A DNA stretch of 64,000 nucleotides from a virus (taxonomy: Duplodnaviria > Caudoviricetes): the IMG/VR virus record IMGVR_UViG_3300032301_001148, positions 12,049 to 76,048 of that record; one strand, given 5' to 3'. The notes beneath the pieces are model-generated. The model did not search any database. It saw nothing but the letters and a program-made list of their open reading frames with translations, and was not told where the DNA came from. Every line of letters begins with the position of its first letter. Positions within the stretch are counted from its first letter, which is position 1. Of this stretch, positions 59,448 through 64,000 are shown one piece after another. A program made the translations under genes and the position numbers.

Positions 59448-61097
59448 ATGTCAGATAAGATGGAGAAATTAATAGAAAGTTTTTTTGCTAATCAAGAAAA
59501 TGTTTTTGGTGTTGAACAAATTAATCTTCTTATTAAAGAAACTCTTTTGCAAGAAGCTGTATTTAGTTATGAAAAACTAGCAGAACCAAAATATTTTAAT
59601 GGATGGATAGAAAAAATTAGAAAAGAAGAACCGTTCATACTAGAGATTGATGGCAAAAAATCTGAAATTGTAATATCTAAGGAATTTGCTGATGTTTTAG
59701 AATCTACAAAAGGAAATGTAGAAAAACTTAAAACAATATTTAAACCTTTAGGTAGATACGTTCCCGTTATTCCTGCGTCAGATGGTAAAAAATATGCCAT
59801 AAATCAAATAAGCAAAGATATATTTACTCTTAAGAAAAAAGAAGGAGGTATAGAAGGTTCTTCTACCGCTGACATGAAAGAAGGTTTAGCTAGTTATTTT
59901 TATTCTTTAGGTGAAGAGGGAATATCGCTAGCGGAAAAGAAAATTAAATCTGGAAGTTCAGAAAAGATTAATTTGCCAATGTCAATAGTTGATAATCCTT
60001 CAATAATTGGTGATAAAGCATCTTCTTTAGTTAAAAAAGCAATTTTACATTTAAACGATTCTCAAATATCTAAAGAAGAAAAAAATTTATATTTGAATGC
60101 TATTTCCGCAGCTAAAACAATTATGAATATTCAATCTGGAATAGTTATAGACAGAGGAGCGCTTTTCAGCAAAATAAGAGCTGTCGCTACAGAAATAACA
60201 TCCTTAGAAGCCGATAAGTGGTGCCCGGGCGATGTATACGTATACAAAAAAGAAGATGTAGGGGAAATTGAACGAGTGCTGCAAAATGCCTTAGAAACTA
60301 AAACACTTGTAAATATAAGTGAGGGCGGTAAAATAATAAAGTTAGGTATTAATTCGCTCTTTGATTTGGAACAACCACTTATTAAAGCTATTTCTTTAAA
60401 AGAACAAGATGCCCAGCATGGTAGAGCTACTGGTTTTATTAGCATTAAAAGAACAACTGGCGAAGAATTAGCTCAAGGAAATTTCAAGTTAAGTGAAGAA
60501 GAAAAAGATTTGTTAAGTACTGGTAAAAAACAGGAAAAAATTAAAAATCAAAAAAAATTAATACAAAAATATGAAGATGAATATGAATCCGAAAAAGCAA
60601 AATTTGAAAAATTATTAAAGAAATCAGAGTATCAAATTAAAGAAGTAAAATTTATTTCTGGCAAAACAAAAGAATTACCAGAAGATAAAAAATTATTATA
60701 TCTAGTCAGCAAATCTACTTGTTATCGTTTTATGGAATACTATCTAAGTAATTTTGATAGCTTAAAAAAGTTTAATGATGTTATGGCGAAATATAACAAT
60801 CCGCTTTTAGCCTTAACAGCATATGGAGTTAGTTTGAGCGGTTTTAATCCAACGTTTTATAAAGTTCAATCATCTAATAAAGGCGATATTACTAAACCTT
60901 CAATATTTAAGGGAAGAGATTCTTTAAATATGGCTACTGAAAAAATAGATGTATTGGATACAATGGGTAAAGCTGGATTCTTATTTCAGTTTATTACTAA
61001 AATGGGTGAAAAAAACTATACTACCACTCTTGATATTCGTTATGCCGGAACGTTAAATATTTCAGTTATTGTTGAAGAATTTAAAGAAAATGCCTAA
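59448..61097 (+). CDS. Putative PD-(D/E)xK-fold nuclease (PD...SxK variant)
   Basis: TADMKE, DKWCPGDVY and AISLKE motifs. Confidence 0.5.
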   Translation: MSDKMEKLIESFFANQENVFGVEQINLLIKETLLQEAVFSYEKLAEPKYFNGWIEKIRKEEPFILEIDGKKSEIVISKEFADVLESTKGNVEKLKTIFKPLGRYVPVIPASDGKKYAINQISKDIFTLKKKEGGIEGSSTADMKEGLASYFYSLGEEGISLAEKKIKSGSSEKINLPMSIVDNPSIIGDKASSLVKKAILHLNDSQISKEEKNLYLNAISAAKTIMNIQSGIVIDRGALFSKIRAVATEITSLEADKWCPGDVYVYKKEDVGEIERVLQNALETKTLVNISEGGKIIKLGINSLFDLEQPLIKAISLKEQDAQHGRATGFISIKRTTGEELAQGNFKLSEEEKDLLSTGKKQEKIKNQKKLIQKYEDEYESEKAKFEKLLKKSEYQIKEVKFISGKTKELPEDKKLLYLVSKSTCYRFMEYYLSNFDSLKKFNDVMAKYNNPLLALTAYGVSLSGFNPTFYKVQSSNKGDITKPSIFKGRDSLNMATEKIDVLDTMGKAGFLFQFITKMGEKNYTTTLDIRYAGTLNISVIVEEFKENA

Positions 61098-62340
61098 AAA
61101 AATATTCTTAAATTACCTTCTTGAACAGATTAAAGCTTCTCTTGATGAGGAAATGGCCAATCAAGAGAAGCTCATGTCTGATATTAAAAAATCGTTATCA
61201 GGTATTGAAGATTTATCCGTTACCGATTCCAACAAAAGTGATATGGCTATTGTTGTTCGCGTAGAGGACAAAGACCAGATAGAAAAAACGAGAAAAAAAG
61301 TACGTTCTGCTATTAAAGGTGGCGGAATCTCATTAGAAGATAAATTAGTAAAGAAATTTGACCCAAGCATTGAATGCACTGTTGCAGAATATAGCGACGG
61401 TTCAGGACGTGTTTATGTTGTTTATAAATATGATATTGGTTCCCGTGAAGGGCTAGCTTTAGAACACGTAGTACAATTTCTATTAACGAGAAAAATAACA
61501 GACGAACTAAAGAACCGCCTTGATTTATCACCCGAAGCAACTAAAGAAGAAGTTAAGGCAAAATTAAAAGGCGATTATAGAGATACACTAGACGTTGGAT
61601 TGCGTGGTAAAAAACTAATAGAAGATAAGATTGGCCAAATTATAAATGCCGAAAGTGTTGGCAGTGCAAACAATAAAGCAGATTTAGTATTAACAACATC
61701 CGATGGTAGAAAGGTCGGTTTGTCTATTAAATTAGTTACCGAAGAAGGACGTGGTGTAAGATTTACATATAACAAAAATCTTGGATATGGAGATGAGACT
61801 GATGATAACCTTGTACGTAATCCTAGTGGAAAGCCTTGGTGGCTTGTCGGCAGGCAAATATTTGCAAGGAAAGTCGGCTCTAGAAGTTATAATCCCGATA
61901 AAGAAGATTTTGAAGCGCCTGCTTGGATGACCAGTGCAAAAGAAAACCATCCAGACATTTACAAAGAAGCAATGAGTGAATTATATACAAAAGTTCGTGA
62001 TGTCTTGACAACTAACCTTCGCCGTCTTAAATTAAAAGAATTGGTTGCAATGGTTAATGAAGCGCATATGGGTGTTGAAGATGAAAGAAGTGAATACGAT
62101 GAATTTTATGTCTTAACAAGTACCAGTGAAGGTGTTAAGTTAGAGGCCAAAGATGGCGGAAAGCCAGATTTAGAAACCATTAAAGCTAAAGGTATGAACA
62201 AAGCTGATATTGTTAGACAGGAAGATAGCCGTATAGTTATTGATATTCCCGGCCTTGAGCCACTAACAATACACAGCGTTAAGTTCCATAGCGATATGTT
62301 GAGCGATGACAAGCAGAATTTAAAAATTAAGACCCGATGA
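61090..62340 (+). CDS. Putative PD-(D/E)xK-fold nuclease
   Basis: GLALEH, NKADLVL and GLSIK motifs; start refined from 61069. Confidence 0.5.
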   Translation: MPKKIFLNYLLEQIKASLDEEMANQEKLMSDIKKSLSGIEDLSVTDSNKSDMAIVVRVEDKDQIEKTRKKVRSAIKGGGISLEDKLVKKFDPSIECTVAEYSDGSGRVYVVYKYDIGSREGLALEHVVQFLLTRKITDELKNRLDLSPEATKEEVKAKLKGDYRDTLDVGLRGKKLIEDKIGQIINAESVGSANNKADLVLTTSDGRKVGLSIKLVTEEGRGVRFTYNKNLGYGDETDDNLVRNPSGKPWWLVGRQIFARKVGSRSYNPDKEDFEAPAWMTSAKENHPDIYKEAMSELYTKVRDVLTTNLRRLKLKELVAMVNEAHMGVEDERSEYDEFYVLTSTSEGVKLEAKDGGKPDLETIKAKGMNKADIVRQEDSRIVIDIPGLEPLTIHSVKFHSDMLSDDKQNLKIKTR

Positions 62341-62361
62341 TAAAGAAAGGTGTGGTGTTTT

Positions 62362-63942
62362 GTGAAGAAAGTATATGATAACGGTTTGTCTTTAAACTCA
62401 AAGATTTTAACTGGTGTAAACAAATTAGCTGATGCGGTAAGTTGTACATTAGGTCCAAAAGGTCGTAATGTCATTATTCACAGTAAGGGTAAGAATCCTG
62501 TAATTACCAAGGATGGCGTCACATGTGCTGCTGCTATTACACTTGAAGACCCATTTGAAAATGTTGGTGCTCAAGTATTAAAACAAGCATCAGCCGTTAC
62601 AGCAACAGAAGCAGGCGACGGTACAACTACTGCAACAGTATTGGCAAGAGCTATTGTTAATCAAGCACAGAAGTATATTATTGCTGGTGCTTCTCCAACA
62701 GATTTAAAACGTGGCATGGAAAGTGCTGCTGCAAAGATTGTATCCAAGATTAAAGAACACAGCAAACCAGTTGCATCTTTAGAAGATATTGAACATATCG
62801 CCACCATATCAGCTAACGGCGACAATAAGATAGGTAAGCTTATTTCAACTGCCGTAGATAAGGTTGGTAAAGACGGTGCGGTAACTATTGAAGAAGGTAA
62901 AAGCCTAGATACAGTATTAGATATTGTTGAAGGATTTCAATTTGATAGCGGATTCGTATCTCCTCAATTTATCACAGACGAACGTAGAGGAGCAGTAAGA
63001 TATGAAAATTGTCTTGTTATGGTAACAGACCATGATTTGTCTTCCGTTGATGAAATGATGCCAATATTGGAAGTTGTAGCAAGAGAAAATAAACCATTTA
63101 TCCTTGTTGCAGAAAATATAAGTGGTCAACTGTTAGCTGCTTTAATTTTAAACACAGTTCGTGGCTCTATGCGTATTGCCGCTATTAAAGCTCCAAGATA
63201 TGGCGAAGAACGTAAAAATATCTTATCTGATTTAGCATTATCGGTTGGTGCTACATTTGTGTCCCGTGAAAGTGGTAAGCTAATTCAGGATTTAAAGCGC
63301 AGTGATTTAGGCACCGCAAAAACAGTAGAAGGTTTAAAGACTTGGACTACTGTTGTAGGTGGTGGCGGTAATTACGAAGATGTAGATAAACGCATTGAGG
63401 CATTAAAAACTGAAATTATCAATTCTAGCGATATGCGTGAGTGCGAACGTATACAAGAACGTATCACTAGATTGGCCTCTGGAATCGCCATAATTCGCGT
63501 AGGAGGCTTAACAGAGGTAGACATGGTAGAACGGAAGCATCGCATTGAAGATGCTCTAGAAGCCGTTAAAAGCGCTCAAATAGAAGGTATATTGCCGGGA
63601 GGCGGAACAGCGCTGTATAAACTATCCCGTAATTTATTGTCCGAAATAAGTGTTGAGAACGACGATGAAAAGTTTGGAGTTGAGATTATCATGAAGGCTT
63701 GCGAAGAACCAATACGCAAGTTATCTGAAAATTCAGGCTTAAAAGCTGATGTAATACTTCATGATTTATCCAAAAAGTTTGAAGACTTTTGGGATGGTAT
63801 AAACTTTGCCACTGGTCATTATAGCGATATGTCAGCTGTTGGTATTATAGACCCTGCTAAAGTTACTCGTTGTGCTTTACAAAATGCTGTAAGCGCTGCG
63901 TCTACTTTACTCACCACTTCTCATGCTATTATAGAAATATAA
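62362..63942 (+). CDS. groEL: Chaperonin GroEL
   Basis: TLGPKGRNV, ITKDGVT, AGDGTTTAT, KAPRYGE, EGILPGGG, DPAKV; GTG start. Confidence 0.97.
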   Translation: MKKVYDNGLSLNSKILTGVNKLADAVSCTLGPKGRNVIIHSKGKNPVITKDGVTCAAAITLEDPFENVGAQVLKQASAVTATEAGDGTTTATVLARAIVNQAQKYIIAGASPTDLKRGMESAAAKIVSKIKEHSKPVASLEDIEHIATISANGDNKIGKLISTAVDKVGKDGAVTIEEGKSLDTVLDIVEGFQFDSGFVSPQFITDERRGAVRYENCLVMVTDHDLSSVDEMMPILEVVARENKPFILVAENISGQLLAALILNTVRGSMRIAAIKAPRYGEERKNILSDLALSVGATFVSRESGKLIQDLKRSDLGTAKTVEGLKTWTTVVGGGGNYEDVDKRIEALKTEIINSSDMRECERIQERITRLASGIAIIRVGGLTEVDMVERKHRIEDALEAVKSAQIEGILPGGGTALYKLSRNLLSEISVENDDEKFGVEIIMKACEEPIRKLSENSGLKADVILHDLSKKFEDFWDGINFATGHYSDMSAVGIIDPAKVTRCALQNAVSAASTLLTTSHAIIEI

Positions 63943-64000
63943 TACTAATTATATATAGCCTGCCATTTTCTGGCAAAGCGGGAGTTTTTTCATGGAGCAG

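Larger units (their letters stand above)
1..64000 (+). mobile_element. Segment of a large T4-like-virion (jumbo) bacteriophage genome
   Basis: Full contractile-tail morphogenesis cluster plus phage replication and nucleotide genes, densely packed on one strand; no integrase or host housekeeping operons. Confidence 0.95.

Noticed and set aside
343-63129. Minus-strand and alternate-frame ORFs in the track (e.g. 944..1213, 21661..21984, 38618..39019, 57116..57517)
   Set aside because: All lie within convincing + strand genes, lack motifs or RBS, and read as antisense shadows
1-64000. tRNA, rRNA or CRISPR arrays
   Set aside because: Intergenic gaps are short and explained by terminators or promoters; no cloverleaf or regular repeat-spacer pattern seen by eye (tRNAscan not run)
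1-64000. Stop-codon reassignment as in some jumbo phages
   Set aside because: Conserved genes are full length in the standard code, and TAG/TGA end genes at sensible positions; the dnaE break is at TAA followed by an inserted gene

Overview
All convincing genes in this AT-rich 64-kb window lie on the + strand, and together they look like part of a large (jumbo-type) myophage genome in the standard genetic code. About 1-29 kb is a T4-like morphogenesis module: terminase, portal, prohead protease, scaffold, major capsid, neck, sheath, two tail tubes, hub chaperone, tape measure and baseplate. About 29-56 kb holds replication and nucleotide-metabolism genes that are bacterial-type rather than T4-type: DnaE, a minimal PolA-like protein, 5'-3' exonuclease, DnaB-like helicase, SSB, RecA, UvsE, NrdJ, ThyX, dUTPase and IMPDH. 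The right end has acidic putative head proteins, ClpP, two nuclease-like proteins and GroEL. Main observations: (1) dnaE is broken in two by a GIY-YIG endonuclease gene, with no intein and no room for an intron; (2) IMPDH is a fractured gene with a naturally split intein around a Vsr-like endonuclease; (3) a start-less ORF missing from the ORF track implies a programmed +1/-2 frameshift at a T7 run just upstream of the tape measure gene; (4) a minimal PolA-like gene is translationally coupled to a degenerate tubulin/FtsZ-like gene; (5) a recurrent ACTAWTTA intergenic motif is a candidate late promoter. All family assignments come from motif recognition by eye; no database searches were run.
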